A stretch of 63,071 bases of DNA, filler included, from Stramenopiles sp. TOSAG23-3 (taxonomy: Eukaryota), in NCBI GenBank assembly GCA_900128585.1. It is 26 parts of 26 records of this genome, joined end to end, with 100 filler letters (N's around TTAATTAATTAA, not from the genome) between each part and the next. Parts side by side here need not be neighbours in the genome. Positions count along the whole stretch, not along the records: positions 19,589 to 21,927 come from LT644876.1; positions 22,028 to 24,361 come from LT644877.1; positions 24,462 to 26,794 come from LT644878.1; positions 26,895 to 29,226 come from LT644879.1; positions 29,327 to 31,653 come from LT644880.1; positions 31,754 to 34,080 come from LT644881.1; 20 more parts are not named here. One strand, 5' to 3'. The notes under the pieces were generated by a model. It was not told the origin of the DNA. It saw nothing but the letters and a program-made list of their open reading frames with translations, and ran no database searches. Position numbers and translations under genes: made by a program. Positions 21,146-32,972 of this stretch are shown piece by piece. Numbering within the stretch: position 1 is the first letter of the stretch; every line of letters starts with the position of its first letter.

Positions 21146-21359
21146 GTCTTTAAGAGAAAGTGTTGGCACCCACCAACTGTAAACGCTTCGTGTATTTTCC
21201 AACTCTTAACTTAACTTTAAAACAAAATTATATAACTTAACTTATATTTATCCTTAAGGCTTATCGTAACTCCTTTGTTAATTCGTTACTGTTTTTGACC
21301 AATGTTAGAGCCCATCACTGGAACAGGAAGCGATCCGAGTGCAAACCTTTACTCGTGGG

Positions 21360-21927
21360 TTAATATAATGGGACTCGCAAGTGAGAGAAACTCCTCTCGA
21401 ACGTTTTGATCTCTGGGTTACTTTGAAGCAGCTCGTACGGAATATCGTCGCTGTCGATCAAGTCTTGCAATTCGCCAAGTCCACCAAGATATTCGTAAGT
21501 GCCCCCGTATGTTTTAGAGAATATTTGAGGATAGTTCCCCTTGACTTTTGAGACGGCAAATAGCATATCGCGTTTGCCTTTCTTATCCGGGTCTGCGCCG
21601 TCAATTGTAGTGCATGGCACGTTTTTTATCTGAAACAAATTTAACGCACGCTCTGAATTTATAATTTGGCTTTTTGAGCCGGTTGCGAAAGTGGATAAAA
21701 GCACAATCACTGACTCTGCCTTGTTTTGTTCGTCCTTGCTTTCAGATGCACCCTTTAAAAACTGCTTCACCGGGACTTCGGTAGCGCTACTGTGTCTCTC
21801 TATCTCTATCTCCTCGCTGAGCGGGGTAACCTCGGCCATCCGTTCCGCTATTGGCGATCTTCGTTGCTGTTGTATAATTTCTAGATCTTCTATGGAGAAA
21901 GGGATAATTATTCGTGGAGGTGTGCGA
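21360..21927 (-). CDS. SH3BGR-like (glutaredoxin-fold) domain protein (5' partial)
   Basis: IVLLST, IDGADP..K.KRDMLFAVS...GNYPQIF, YEYLG; frame open to the contig end. Confidence 0.7.
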
Positions 21928-22029
21928 NNNNNNNNNNNNNNNNNNNNNNNNNNNNNNNNNNNNNNNNNNNNTTAATTAATTAANNNNNNNNNNNNNNNNN
22001 NNNNNNNNNNNNNNNNNNNNNNNNNNNAT

Positions 22030-22953
22030 ACAGCGCGGACTGTGACTCGTTTCCCTTGGCTTTGCGACTGGAAAAAAGTCGACAGCGGAGAGAAGGAGGG
22101 AGCGTTGCCGTTGGCAGTTCGGGTGCCAGGTGCTGTGTACGTGGGTTCCGATTGGACGGCGGATGCACGCCAATTTGTTAAAGGGTTAGTGACGTCCGAC
22201 TCCACCGTCAAGTTTAAGTTCAACACAACAGCGTCTATTGTTGACGGAAACACGGTTCGGCTCGTGGACGCAAAGGGAGGGAGTGACGAAGTAGTAGAGG
22301 CGGATGTAGTAGTCCTTGCATGCGGCATTTACACGAACACGTTGCTCCCAGGTGGGAAACGGCGACTGCCAATGGAAGGCATGCGAGGATTTTCAATTGA
22401 CCTTGGGGGATGTGCAATGGCAGATGGAGGGGCCCTTCCAGACGTAGGCATAGTAGACTTTAGTTCGGGCGACCTCAATTTTCAACTCACCCCATTCGGG
22501 AAAAACCGAGTGCGTATCGTCGGGTTTGCGGACTTTGTAGGAACGGAAGGAATGGACCGGGCAAGGCAGGATTTGGAGAGCGAGGGCAGCCCAACCAGCG
22601 TCCTCACCAACCATGTACGGTTTTTGTTCCCCTCTTTGACGTGGGAATCCCAGCGAGAAACATGGGCAGGCCTCCGGCCCATGTCGCCCGACAATTTGCC
22701 ATACGTTGGGCGCATGGCGTGGGAGGAGGGGAAAGCGGCAGGGGATGTCTGGGTATGCTGTGGCCACGGGTCCACTGGGTGGACAAGCGCCACCGCAACA
22801 GCGGAAGTCCTGGCGCAAACTGTATTTCCCCCGAAGGAAGGGGCGACCCCAGAGATGGCAGAGCTTACGGAGGCGCTTCGCCCGGACCGGTTTGCGGCAG
22901 CATTTACAGGCAGCAGGGTTGCGACCGTCTTGGACTACGTTTTAGGCTTCTAA
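22030..22953 (+). CDS. FAD-dependent oxidoreductase, D-amino acid dehydrogenase (DAO/DadA) family (5' partial)
   Basis: ADVVVLACG, RGFSI, WAGLRPMSPDNLPYVG, CCGHGSTGWT. Confidence 0.9.
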   Translation, partial: TARTVTRFPWLCDWKKVDSGEKEGALPLAVRVPGAVYVGSDWTADARQFVKGLVTSDSTVKFKFNTTASIVDGNTVRLVDAKGGSDEVVEADVVVLACGIYTNTLLPGGKRRLPMEGMRGFSIDLGGCAMADGGALPDVGIVDFSSGDLNFQLTPFGKNRVRIVGFADFVGTEGMDRARQDLESEGSPTSVLTNHVRFLFPSLTWESQRETWAGLRPMSPDNLPYVGRMAWEEGKAAGDVWVCCGHGSTGWTSATATAEVLAQTVFPPKEGATPEMAELTEALRPDRFAAAFTGSRVATVLDYVLGF

Positions 22954-23088
22954 CGTTTTTACATATCATATAATAATATGTTTGCGATGAAGCAAGTTTA
23001 TGTTATAAAATTTTAAAAATAAAATATTATATTATATATTGTCTGTTAAACCTGATAGGAATGGCATCATCGAAGCAGCGCCAAGATG

Positions 23089-23541
23089 TTACACAATCCC
23101 GTTTGGATTCAAGTCTCCTGGAATGTAAGTGACGGGCAAGTGTATCTGCACCTTTGATTCAGGTATGTGATGGGTCGCTTGCGTTTTTGCTTCGTATTCT
23201 TGCACTTTTGTTTCTTTGGGTGGTCCGATAGGCAGTTGTGTTGGGGGGGATGGTTGAAACGGATCGGCAGGTACGTTGTTGCAATGGTGGGGTCGACGAA
23301 AGCTTCCTGTTTCGCCGTAGAAGACCCCTCGCCCTCGACGGCGCTTGGCGCCGTATCGTATGTCACGAGGGCACGCTTTTGGGCAGTACGTTGGGCGCAA
23401 GTAATTGAATAAGGCTACGAACCCAAAACGAAAACAGATGGACAGCGCCAAGAAGCCAAGTAACATTGGGATTCTTGACTCATCCTTTTCCCGCGCTGTT
23501 GTGGTGGTTGTTGTGTTCAGCATTATTGTTGCGTTCATCAT
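23089..23541 (-). CDS. Hypothetical single-pass membrane protein
   Basis: 150-aa ATG ORF with a Thr run, one hydrophobic helix and a Pro-rich tail. Confidence 0.55.
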   Translation of the reverse strand: MMNATIMLNTTTTTTAREKDESRIPMLLGFLALSICFRFGFVALFNYLRPTYCPKACPRDIRYGAKRRRGRGVFYGETGSFRRPHHCNNVPADPFQPSPPTQLPIGPPKETKVQEYEAKTQATHHIPESKVQIHLPVTYIPGDLNPNGIV

Positions 23542-24208
23542 TATTTTTCAAATCCGTCTTCGTTCAATGTAGTAGCGTAACACCGTGGTAGAAGGGCATG
23601 GATAGATCGCCAATAGCAGCGAACGATCAACCGAAAACGGTGTTAGGAAAGAGAGAAGCGGCGTTTGGGAGTTGGGCGCTTGATTTCGTGGGGGTGCTTC
23701 CACAGAACTTGTTTTCGTTTCTTATTGGTCTTGCGTTCGTTCCATCAAATAAAATGTGGTATTTGTTCATGACCCTTTACACGATTTCTTTCTCCTCGAG
23801 TTTTTAGCTGTCTCATTCATTCGTCAAAGCACATTTCGATACATCTATACACGTTGTAAGTTGTAAATAGTAAATACAAAATATTTCCTGGTGGTGGGGT
23901 GGTCGCGCGTCGTGGGTAAAAAAAGATTTTTCATAATTAAGGATATGTTGTTCTATAAAAACAATGGAAGACCATTTTTAATCATAAGTATATGTATCTC
24001 TCTAAAGGGATTTAGATGAAATCATTTATATAATATTATCATCAGAAAATTGAATCAAAAAGTGATAAAATATACATCTTTTACATATACACAGCATACA
24101 TATATATTAGATATACATATGTCCTTAATTATATATTTTTTCTTCTTCTTTAATTATTATTTTGTGTCGATCATTCTTCAGGTGTGTCAGGTGTTGGTCA
24201 TCTTATTT

Positions 24209-24361
24209 TTATAACTATTCATAACTATAATATAACTATTCAGAATAGAAAATGAAATATTATTGAAAACACATATTATAACATTATAACTATTCATAAT
24301 GGAAAATGGAATTATTGAAAACACATATTATAACTATTCATAATGGAAAATGGAATTATTG
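24209..24361. repeat. AT-rich minisatellite at a contig end
   Basis: Repeated ATAACTATTCATAATGGAAAATGGAATTATTGAAAACACATATT. Confidence 0.8.
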
Positions 24362-25060
24362 NNNNNNNNNNNNNNNNNNNNNNNNNNNNNNNNNNNNNNN
24401 NNNNNTTAATTAATTAANNNNNNNNNNNNNNNNNNNNNNNNNNNNNNNNNNNNNNNNNNNNGCATGGGGCGATCCTCTTCATGGTGGAAGTGTGCCCCAT
24501 GAAGCTGGTGATTATTACCTATATAATAAATAATAGTAATAATTAATATATAAATAATGAATACATTACAGTTTATTTTATACTATATAAAATAAACTAT
24601 TTATATAATTTAACTATACAATATATTATTCAAAAGTTTTTAAGATACAAATAATTTTTCAAAATAACTGTTTTAAAATAACACCACTAAAGCCGCCTCT
24701 CTCTCCCTCTCTCTCTATTATTTATTATTATTATTTTTTATTATTATTAACCAAGGAGGAGGTGTGTTATATTTTATAATATTGATTGAAATATACTCTA
24801 CACACTAAAAAAAGTGACGACTGGAATTACTACGACCTGATTGACGATTTTCCCACTTTTTACGTTACCACATTTTTTAAACACTTTTACTTTCTTCACA
24901 TACACTTATGACAAAATTTTGAAACACAAACGTACGAAATCATTGTCTTGTGATTACCCGACCGCACACGAAGACGCGCACATACTGCAGTAGGAGATTA
25001 CTTTTGTGTTTGCAGAACAGAAAAGAGAGCAACAACTAAGAGTTACGCCTCGACCGATCG

Positions 25061-26338
25061 ATGAGCAGCGGCAGCCGCGACGAGAGACCATGTGGTACGA
25101 GCAGCGTTCGCCACAACGGCGACCTTGGCCGATGTCGGCGCGAAATTCCCCCCGAGATGAGACCGGGGTATTACGAAAACTGCGAAGTAGGAGAAGAGAA
25201 GAAAATATCCTCGAGCTCTCCACGCCGCCCCATGAGCATTAAAGAAGCGGCGACGCGCTTGACGGACTCTAAGTCGACCGGTTGGAAACTTCGACTCGAG
25301 GCAATAAACTGGTTGAAGGAAGAAGTGCTTAAGCCGGAAGGGTCGAAATTAATTGTCAGCAACCTTGTCCTTCTCGCAAACCCTCTACAGGCTCAGTGCC
25401 GGGACCTAAGGAGCGCGGTCGTGCGGGAAACGTGCGCGCTGCTGAAGACGTTTGCTCAAGTTTTGCAGGACAAGTTCGCCACCGTGGCCCACGTGATCAC
25501 AAAGACGCTGCTGATGATCACTGGCAGCGGCAACAAGGTCATTGCTGGGTACTGTGAAGAGTGTGCGTTTGAAATAGTGAGACACACGAAGTCCCAAAAA
25601 TCCATAGACATTTTGGTAAAGCTTTGCACGTCGCGCTCGAAACTAGTTCGCGAGCATGCCGGCAAATGTTTGTATATATGTTTAGAGAGCTGGAGCCCGA
25701 GCAATTGGCTCCACCAGACAGAAAGCCTTTCCAAGGGCATCAAGTTAGGGCTAGAAGACACGTCAAAGGCAGCAAGGGAGACGGCCAAGAAATCATTTGT
25801 TGTGCTGAGCAACCACGCGCCAGAGGACGCCAAGGAGTTGTTGCTGCTGCTCGACAAGAGGACCCTGTCGCGCTTGAGCTACACGGGGACGTTTGGAGGC
25901 CACAAGGAGGACGGGGCGGCGTCTACCACCAGCCACCACGGGGGGCACCGAAGGAGCGCATCGTCACGGCCATCCTTGCGCGTCTCCACGAAGTTGGAGA
26001 GTGATGCGGGCACGAACGAAAAGACTGCCCAGGAGGACCTCCCGAAACCACCTCCCGCAAACCTAAGAACAGAGTGGGTGATCACCCAGCGCGTGCAAGG
26101 GGACCCAAAGTTTTGGTGGAACAGTCGCACAAACGAAGTTAGCTACAGCCCGTGGGTACAGATGATCGTAGAGCCGAACCAGGACGGAGACGATTCAAAG
26201 ATGCCCCCCGCGACAGGTCTGGGGACACGGGATCGATACTTTTTTAACGTTGAAACGGGAAAGACGTCTTGGACTAGACCCGAAGACACGAACGCATCGC
26301 CCAGGCACATCGATACTCCGTCCGCAAGTAACAAGTAA
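25061..26338 (+). CDS. CLASP-type TOG (HEAT) domain protein with C-terminal WW-like domains
   Basis: WKLRLEA, DLRSAVVRETC, GSGNKVI, IKLGLEDTSKAARETA; then KFWWNSRTNEVSYSP and YFFNVETGKTSWTRP. Confidence 0.85.
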   Translation: MSSGSRDERPCGTSSVRHNGDLGRCRREIPPEMRPGYYENCEVGEEKKISSSSPRRPMSIKEAATRLTDSKSTGWKLRLEAINWLKEEVLKPEGSKLIVSNLVLLANPLQAQCRDLRSAVVRETCALLKTFAQVLQDKFATVAHVITKTLLMITGSGNKVIAGYCEECAFEIVRHTKSQKSIDILVKLCTSRSKLVREHAGKCLYICLESWSPSNWLHQTESLSKGIKLGLEDTSKAARETAKKSFVVLSNHAPEDAKELLLLLDKRTLSRLSYTGTFGGHKEDGAASTTSHHGGHRRSASSRPSLRVSTKLESDAGTNEKTAQEDLPKPPPANLRTEWVITQRVQGDPKFWWNSRTNEVSYSPWVQMIVEPNQDGDDSKMPPATGLGTRDRYFFNVETGKTSWTRPEDTNASPRHIDTPSASNK

Positions 26339-26928
26339 TTTATATTCTTACGCGAGTATCTAAATAATGAAAAGCAAGAAAATTGGCTGTTAGTTAAGTA
26401 ATTAAATTTAGCTTCCTCATACCCTAATATAAAACAAGAAACATACCTACGAGTATCTTAAGTTTTCGAAAAGAATTTTAAAAAGTGTTAAAAGATGACA
26501 ATTTATAAACTTTTTGTACGATACTCTTAAGAATTATACAAAAGAAGGTGGAGATGTCGAAATTGAAACATTTACGAAGTACATAAGTTTTTTTTAATCT
26601 ATCTATCCCAAATAAAATTAAGAGTTTTTTTTGTAAAAGTTCAAATTATTAATCTTTGTTCAAAAAACACGAAGTATTCACTTTCAAATAAAATTCGAAC
26701 GGAAAACTGTGAGACCCAACTGGAATATAAACAGGTACACAGCACACAAAAATTATAAATATTATTATTTTTTTGTTTCAGTTGGTATTATTATNNNNNN
26801 NNNNNNNNNNNNNNNNNNNNNNNNNNNNNNNNNNNNNNTTAATTAATTAANNNNNNNNNNNNNNNNNNNNNNNNNNNNNNNNNNNNNNNNNNNNTTTTTT
26901 TTTTATTTATACATCTCCTATTTTTTAA

Positions 26929-28716
26929 TCATGTTTTTACTTGTGCTACAACTCTCCCGTGACTATCATAAATTTTTCTATCGTTCCCCATATCAAACTC
27001 GTCAGCTGCCAGCAACTTGAATTTTTTCTTCCACACTCGTTTCTTGTGCTTCATGTTTGCACTTAAAAGCCAGCGTCTTCTTTTGGACTGCAAGTATTTG
27101 AAGCGAGATTTATCAAAGTCGCTCATATGCGTGGCAGGTGGTGGGACTGGAGATTCGCGCTGCGCCTCTTCGCGCTTTTTCCGGTTTAATGCGGCGATGG
27201 AAGAGAAGGAAGGCAATGCCACTTTCTCTTCGCGGAGTTGTAAAATTGCGCTTTTGACCTCAATCTCCGCATTTAAATCTTCAATTGTGCAATTATACCT
27301 TTTGATTGCCGCTCCATAGTTGCGGCTTTTTTTCGGGCTTGGGCATTGAATTTTAGATTTACGGTACGGGCTATGCAGTGGCGCGTTGTCGAAATACAAT
27401 GGTTTCACTTTTCCGCAATCATCATTTTTGTGCAACCTACTGCTTAATGATAGAAGAGCATTTACGTGTTTTTCTACCGTTTCATTTTGCTCCTTTATTT
27501 TTCTTTTGAAGTATTGAAACCCTTTTGTGTCTTTCAGCTTTTCAATAAAAAGTGAAAAATGTTTCAGGGGTAAAAACAAAAGCCTAGCATGGGCTGAGTT
27601 AACAACAACAGAGCACTTTTCTCTTGCAGGGCAAAATGCTCCTTTCTTAAGAAATTCGGTCGCCCGATACATCAAATGCCTTATCCCGAAAACGGAAGGT
27701 TTGAATTTTGACGGAAGCTGAATCAAAGAACCTGTCTTTTCGGACACGTGAAAAACACTCGCCTCTCCCTCAAGTAAAAAGTACATTCCTTTAGTTTTGA
27801 ACCCTTGATTTTGAATGCTTGTACCAAATGCCATCTTGCATTCGGTCATTTCGTATGTTAAATTTACAATTCTAAGTCTTGTGAACCCTTCAAACATCGG
27901 CAAAGTTTTGAAATACTTCACGTTCTCTTCAAATCTCCTTGACTTTTCCCGGACTCCTTTCATTGTCAAATCGTACGTGTCTCTATCGATTTCAATAAGT
28001 GCTGTATTAAAGACCGCTAAGGCAGACGCCATGCGCCTTGATTCTTTATTTGCAAGGGCCAATTCTCCGAATGCTTCGCCCGCTCGTATGGTAGCAACAT
28101 GAGTGCCAATTAGGTTAAGTTGGTTGTCGGGGCTGCCATACTTTTTCTTAGCGTTCCACTGGTCAGAATGTTTAGTCATATTTATATTATTCGCAATGAT
28201 TAGAACTCTACCGCGAAGTACAATATAAAAATGATTTCCTAGACTACCTTGCTCAAAAAGTACCTTTCTTCTACTTTCTACATTGATGAACCTTGCCTTC
28301 TGCGCAAGGATTTTTAGCTCTTCTTTATTGATACCTTGGACCAATCCAGCGTGAAATTCTTGGAAAAATTTCACTAAATGTGTTGTTTCGTTTTCCGTCC
28401 TAGCTCTACCTTTTGAGTCTCTAAAAATGCCGAAAGTTTCTTTTTCAAGCAGGGCGCGGGCTTTCTTTTCATGAATGCCAGAAAAGCCAGGCAATAGTGA
28501 AAGCCATTTCTGGAACGCCCACCATTTTCCTCCGCTTATTATCAATCTGGTCAACGTCAGTACACATTTTGTTTTCGTTTCGACAAGATGCCGGTCGTCC
28601 TCTTCGTCCTTCTCATCGATTGGATTTGTGACATTGCCCTGGGCCTGGGCGGCTTGAACAACATCAGTACCATCACTGGCAGCGATATCATCGCTTACAT
28701 CTATTGGGGTTGACAT
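26929..28716 (-). CDS. Cyclic nucleotide-binding domain protein (tandem cNMP domains)
   Basis: LFEQGSLGNHFYIVLRG, GEAFGELAL...RRMAS; second degenerate domain QG..TKGMYFLLEGE. Confidence 0.88.
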   Translation of the reverse strand: MSTPIDVSDDIAASDGTDVVQAAQAQGNVTNPIDEKDEEDDRHLVETKTKCVLTLTRLIISGGKWWAFQKWLSLLPGFSGIHEKKARALLEKETFGIFRDSKGRARTENETTHLVKFFQEFHAGLVQGINKEELKILAQKARFINVESRRKVLFEQGSLGNHFYIVLRGRVLIIANNINMTKHSDQWNAKKKYGSPDNQLNLIGTHVATIRAGEAFGELALANKESRRMASALAVFNTALIEIDRDTYDLTMKGVREKSRRFEENVKYFKTLPMFEGFTRLRIVNLTYEMTECKMAFGTSIQNQGFKTKGMYFLLEGEASVFHVSEKTGSLIQLPSKFKPSVFGIRHLMYRATEFLKKGAFCPAREKCSVVVNSAHARLLFLPLKHFSLFIEKLKDTKGFQYFKRKIKEQNETVEKHVNALLSLSSRLHKNDDCGKVKPLYFDNAPLHSPYRKSKIQCPSPKKSRNYGAAIKRYNCTIEDLNAEIEVKSAILQLREEKVALPSFSSIAALNRKKREEAQRESPVPPPATHMSDFDKSRFKYLQSKRRRWLLSANMKHKKRVWKKKFKLLAADEFDMGNDRKIYDSHGRVVAQVKT

Positions 28717-29326
28717 TTTCCGTTGACAGGTTTTCCCGGTCGTATGCGAGGGTTGGTAGGAACAATCGCGTGAAAAAATTAAATGTAACTACGGCCAAAT
28801 TGAATTGTTCAAGTCTCTGTTCTAAATCGATCAACAAACGGCGGTGTAATCCTCGTGAAAAGAATGATTTATTGATTGATTGATACAATTAATAATTTAT
28901 TAATATATATAAAAAAATGTAATAAATAATAATTAAAAAAATGTTGTAGTAGTTCGCGAGGAGGAGTATGTCCATGGGGAATGGGGAGGGTGTGTGTTGG
29001 ATGCTGCTATTTCTCGATACTGCTAATTTAATGTTATATAAGAATTTTCTTACTCTTATTTTGTTGATGAGTGCGATAGCAGTGAAACGGTTTATGAATT
29101 GAACCAAATTAATATTGTTGTTTAAACAAGAAAAATTGGCTGTTATTTTTTATAGTAATTAAAATTAAAGAAAAAAGAAGGTGTCAGTTCAAGAACAATA
29201 TCTCCTCCTATTGCAGATCCTCCCCANNNNNNNNNNNNNNNNNNNNNNNNNNNNNNNNNNNNNNNNNNNNTTAATTAATTAANNNNNNNNNNNNNNNNNN
29301 NNNNNNNNNNNNNNNNNNNNNNNNNN

Positions 29327-29875
29327 ACCAACTGCCTCGACCACGTCCGGGCCGTCGTCCGGGACAAGGGCCACGCCGTCGTCGTCGTCGCCGAGGGCGC
29401 CGGGGCGGACGTCCTCCTCAAGGACGTCTCCAGCAAGGAGACCAACGCCGCGGGGGTCCAGCCCAAGCTCCCCCCCATCGGGGAGTGGATCAAGAAGAAG
29501 CTGCAGGACCATTTGGCCAAGGACGCGAAGGACGGGACGAAGGGCTTCCAGGCCACCGTCAAGTACATCGACCCGTCCTACATCATTCGGAGCGTCCCCG
29601 CGAACGCCGCCGACAGCATCTACTCCCTGCTCCTCGCGCAGAACGCCGTCCACGGGAGCATGGCGGGGTACAGCGGGTTCAGCCCCGGCCTCTGCAACAA
29701 CCGGGTCGTCTTTTTGCCCATCGACACCTTGGTGAACAACTCGCCCCGGGGGATCAACCCGAACGGCCGCACGATCGAACGGATTTTGAGCATCACCCAC
29801 CAACCATTGAAACGGGACGCCCCCCCGCCTCCCGCCGCACTTCGTCGACCATTCTCGTACTCGCAGACAGGTTGA
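29327..29875 (+). CDS. PFK: 6-phosphofructokinase, C-terminal fragment (plant/protist-type ATP-PFK)
   Basis: GHAVVVVAEGAG, KYIDPSYIIRSVPANAAD, LAQNAVHGSMAGYSGF. Confidence 0.93.
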   Translation, partial: TNCLDHVRAVVRDKGHAVVVVAEGAGADVLLKDVSSKETNAAGVQPKLPPIGEWIKKKLQDHLAKDAKDGTKGFQATVKYIDPSYIIRSVPANAADSIYSLLLAQNAVHGSMAGYSGFSPGLCNNRVVFLPIDTLVNNSPRGINPNGRTIERILSITHQPLKRDAPPPPAALRRPFSYSQTG

Positions 29876-30294
29876 AACGACAGGTCTCGCTCGTAATTAA
29901 TTAGAAAAAAAGTATAAAAAGTAAATGAAACACACATATCATACACAAAATAAAATCAATACAATTTTGGAGGGCGGCTGTTGATTTTTAAAATTAAATT
30001 TAAACCAAACCAATTTTACATTGTTTGCTGTCCAGAGAAAGGGAAAAAACAAATCTGTCTAAAATACATTTGTGCCCTTTTGATCCATTTTTTTTACAAA
30101 TTTAAAAAAAGAAAAACAATCTCTCGGCGGCTGTTTTTAAGTGTATCATATCATCCATATATTTGATTAATTTGAATTATCGAAAGAGAAATCATCCTCC
30201 CCGTTATTTTTTTCCTGGGATGTTGTTGATTTGATGTAAAATGCACATCTCATTAATTACTACTACGTGAAAATATTTGGAGTTCGTTGCAATG

Positions 30295-31458
30295 TCACGC
30301 CTTCTTGTCGTAGTAGTAATTCGTCTCGAAGCGCTTGCTTGAGTGGGTGTCTTTCTTGACCCCCGTCTTCTCGTCCGAGAGGACCGGGGGCCGGATCGCG
30401 TACCCTCCAGACACGGTGCTCCCCCGGCGCTTCGGCGCGTTTGGGTCGACAAGGGAGACGAAGCGTTTCTTCGGCTTTCGCCGGTAGCTTCGGGGGCTGT
30501 GAATAACGTGCAGGTGGGACGTGCGCGTCTCCTCGTCCGCCCCCAGGACTTGCCGCGACAGCCCCAGCGCCTTCTTCGTTTCCTCCTCCGACAGGCCCAT
30601 GCGCTTGGCGCTGCGCTTTATGTACTCTTTCAGCCGGTCTTCCCCTCGCTTCTTTAACATGGCCGCCCGTTTTGCACGGACGTTGGCGATCTTTCTATTC
30701 TCCATCGTTCGGTGCGGACGAAACGTTACGACGGGGGACGCGCTCTGCGGGCGCCGCCGGGACGCCGAGGGCGGGCGCGGCGACGACGCGGCGCGGGGGC
30801 TGCCGCAACCAGGAAGAAAGTCATCAATGGACCCTTCCCGGACCCGCTTGATAAGGTCCATGAACTGGATAAAGTTCAGCGTGCCAGACATGGTTCGGTC
30901 TAATTCATCGATCATTCGTTTCAACACCGCCCTTCGCTTGCTTTTGTGCCCCTTTGCAATGGAATCGTCAAGGATGTTCAGGTCGTCCACGATGCATGAG
31001 CACTCTTCCAAATCGATGAACCCACTACCGTCCGCATCGTAACGGTTGAACTTGTTCTCCAGCTCCAGGACTTCCTCCTCCCGAAACCCGTACTTTCTCC
31101 CCCAACGGTTTCGGATCGCATGCAGGCCGTCCAAACGGTGCTCTTCGTCCCGGCGCTTTTTGTTCTCTCTAACTTTCTTTACCTGGTCTATTTGTAGGAC
31201 CGAGCCAGGGTTGAAGGTAACCCCATGGCGTTGTTGCTTCGGCGCCAACCCCGTCTGGCCCGCAAACGCAATCAACTCTTCCACCACCGTCGTCGTGACC
31301 GGTTCGTCAATGTCCTGCCGCCGAGGGAGCGACCCCCTCGTCACTTGCCTGGAATAAAACCCAGGGTCACTTGGGTAGATTTTCTCCCGCATCAGCGTCG
31401 ATGCCCCAAACCTCAAATGGCGTGTATTCGTTCGATTAACGGACGACAAATTTGCCAT
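30295..31458 (-). CDS. EF-hand calcium-binding protein
   Basis: FNRYDADGSGFIDLEE and LDRTMSGTLNFIQF. Confidence 0.85.
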   Translation of the reverse strand: MANLSSVNRTNTRHLRFGASTLMREKIYPSDPGFYSRQVTRGSLPRRQDIDEPVTTTVVEELIAFAGQTGLAPKQQRHGVTFNPGSVLQIDQVKKVRENKKRRDEEHRLDGLHAIRNRWGRKYGFREEEVLELENKFNRYDADGSGFIDLEECSCIVDDLNILDDSIAKGHKSKRRAVLKRMIDELDRTMSGTLNFIQFMDLIKRVREGSIDDFLPGCGSPRAASSPRPPSASRRRPQSASPVVTFRPHRTMENRKIANVRAKRAAMLKKRGEDRLKEYIKRSAKRMGLSEEETKKALGLSRQVLGADEETRTSHLHVIHSPRSYRRKPKKRFVSLVDPNAPKRRGSTVSGGYAIRPPVLSDEKTGVKKDTHSSKRFETNYYYDKKA

Positions 31459-31753
31459 GACTTACTTGTTTTGCTCGCCCCTTCTTCTTGTTATGTTTAG
31501 TTGGTAAGCCAGAGAAAGAAACAAACCCAATCAATTAATGCCAATTACGAAGCGTGCAGAGGCAGAGACGGACAGATGGACAGGCAGACACTCACCGACA
31601 ATTGGAAAACTTTCTCTCTTTCCTTCTTTCACTCTCTCTCTCTCTCTTTCTTTNNNNNNNNNNNNNNNNNNNNNNNNNNNNNNNNNNNNNNNNNNNNTTA
31701 ATTAATTAANNNNNNNNNNNNNNNNNNNNNNNNNNNNNNNNNNNNNNNNNNNN

Positions 31754-32972
31754 GAGACGACGTTCCATGTGCTGCCATCTGACGATTGCGTTAGGCTTAG
31801 TTGACCAAAATGATTGAAGTCCCCTGACGAGCGTGGAAAGTCGAAGTAATTGAGTGTTAGGTCCCACGTTCTCCCAGCACCAGCATCAAATGCAATTGTA
31901 CCGTCGGAAGAGCTTCTCCCTTTGTTAGAGTCGGTTATAGCAAGAGGAGAACCGCTTCCACCTGCGTCGTAGAAGTAAAACGCGCCCCCGGTGTACGTTT
32001 TTCCGGTCGTTGTAGAATTCAATACGACGTTAAGTCCATCGCTCGCCGAGGTGGTCGTAGTTGGCGCAAGGGTGGTTGTTGAGGCTGTTGTAGTTGGCGC
32101 CAGTGCGGTTGTCGTTTGTGCTTGAGCGGTTGGCGTTGCTGCGCCGCACCATACGTGGTATCCTTTCGCATGAAAATGGTCTATTCCGGGAGAAATACAC
32201 TTTTGAGGGTTGTCCTCGTGACTATGGCAGCTATTGTCTGGGTTATCCCCAGGGGGGCGAAAGCATTTCGTGCAGTCCGAACAGACGTAATCCTTCAAAA
32301 GCGAGTCCGAGCCGTAGGTTTGTGCAGTGCGATCATCGTTGCCACAGTATTGAATTTTATACACGGTCGCATCTCCCTCTTTTACGTCATTACACTCCTC
32401 AAACTGTAGGTCGATAACAGGTTGGGAACCGATGTCTACAACGGCGCAGAGGAAATTGTCCGATTTGCACTTGAATTTGGCAGCCTTGCAAGCATCTTCA
32501 CCATCACAAGATAGAAGAGAGTGAGCACGTTCTGAACCATAGAACTTAAAACCTCCACTGCACGAGGCTTTCCCAACACAATTGACTACACAATCATAGT
32601 CACCAGGGCACTTTACGTGAATGTCTTTGCAGGCATCCTCGCCTGTGCAATCTAATTGAAAAGGGCGGTCGCTATGTTTTTTGTTGTAATGCCCGCAATT
32701 ATCATCGGTACAATATTCAATTTGAACATTTGGTTTCCAGTCTCCACTACAGCCCCCCCCCCCGCGTGGTTTCCTTCCTCGCAATTAGACCTTGACTCCC
32801 AACAGAATTCTTTACCAGTGGTACTATTTTCCGTGCACCAACTGAAGTCAGGGTTGGTAACAGGCGGCCTACAACCTTTTACCCAACATTTACCCGGGTA
32901 TGTTTCTGGAGAAACCACTGGAAGGATGCAGCCGCCAACAAATAAGAAAAACGAAAGCAGAGCACGAAACAT
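31754..32972 (-). CDS. Secreted Cys-rich protein with Thr-rich linker, frameshifted at a G11 run (3' partial)
   Basis: Signal-peptide ORF 32652-32972 and Cys-rich ORF ending at 32784 overlap across the run at 32753-32763; CxGxxAC repeats. Confidence 0.7.
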
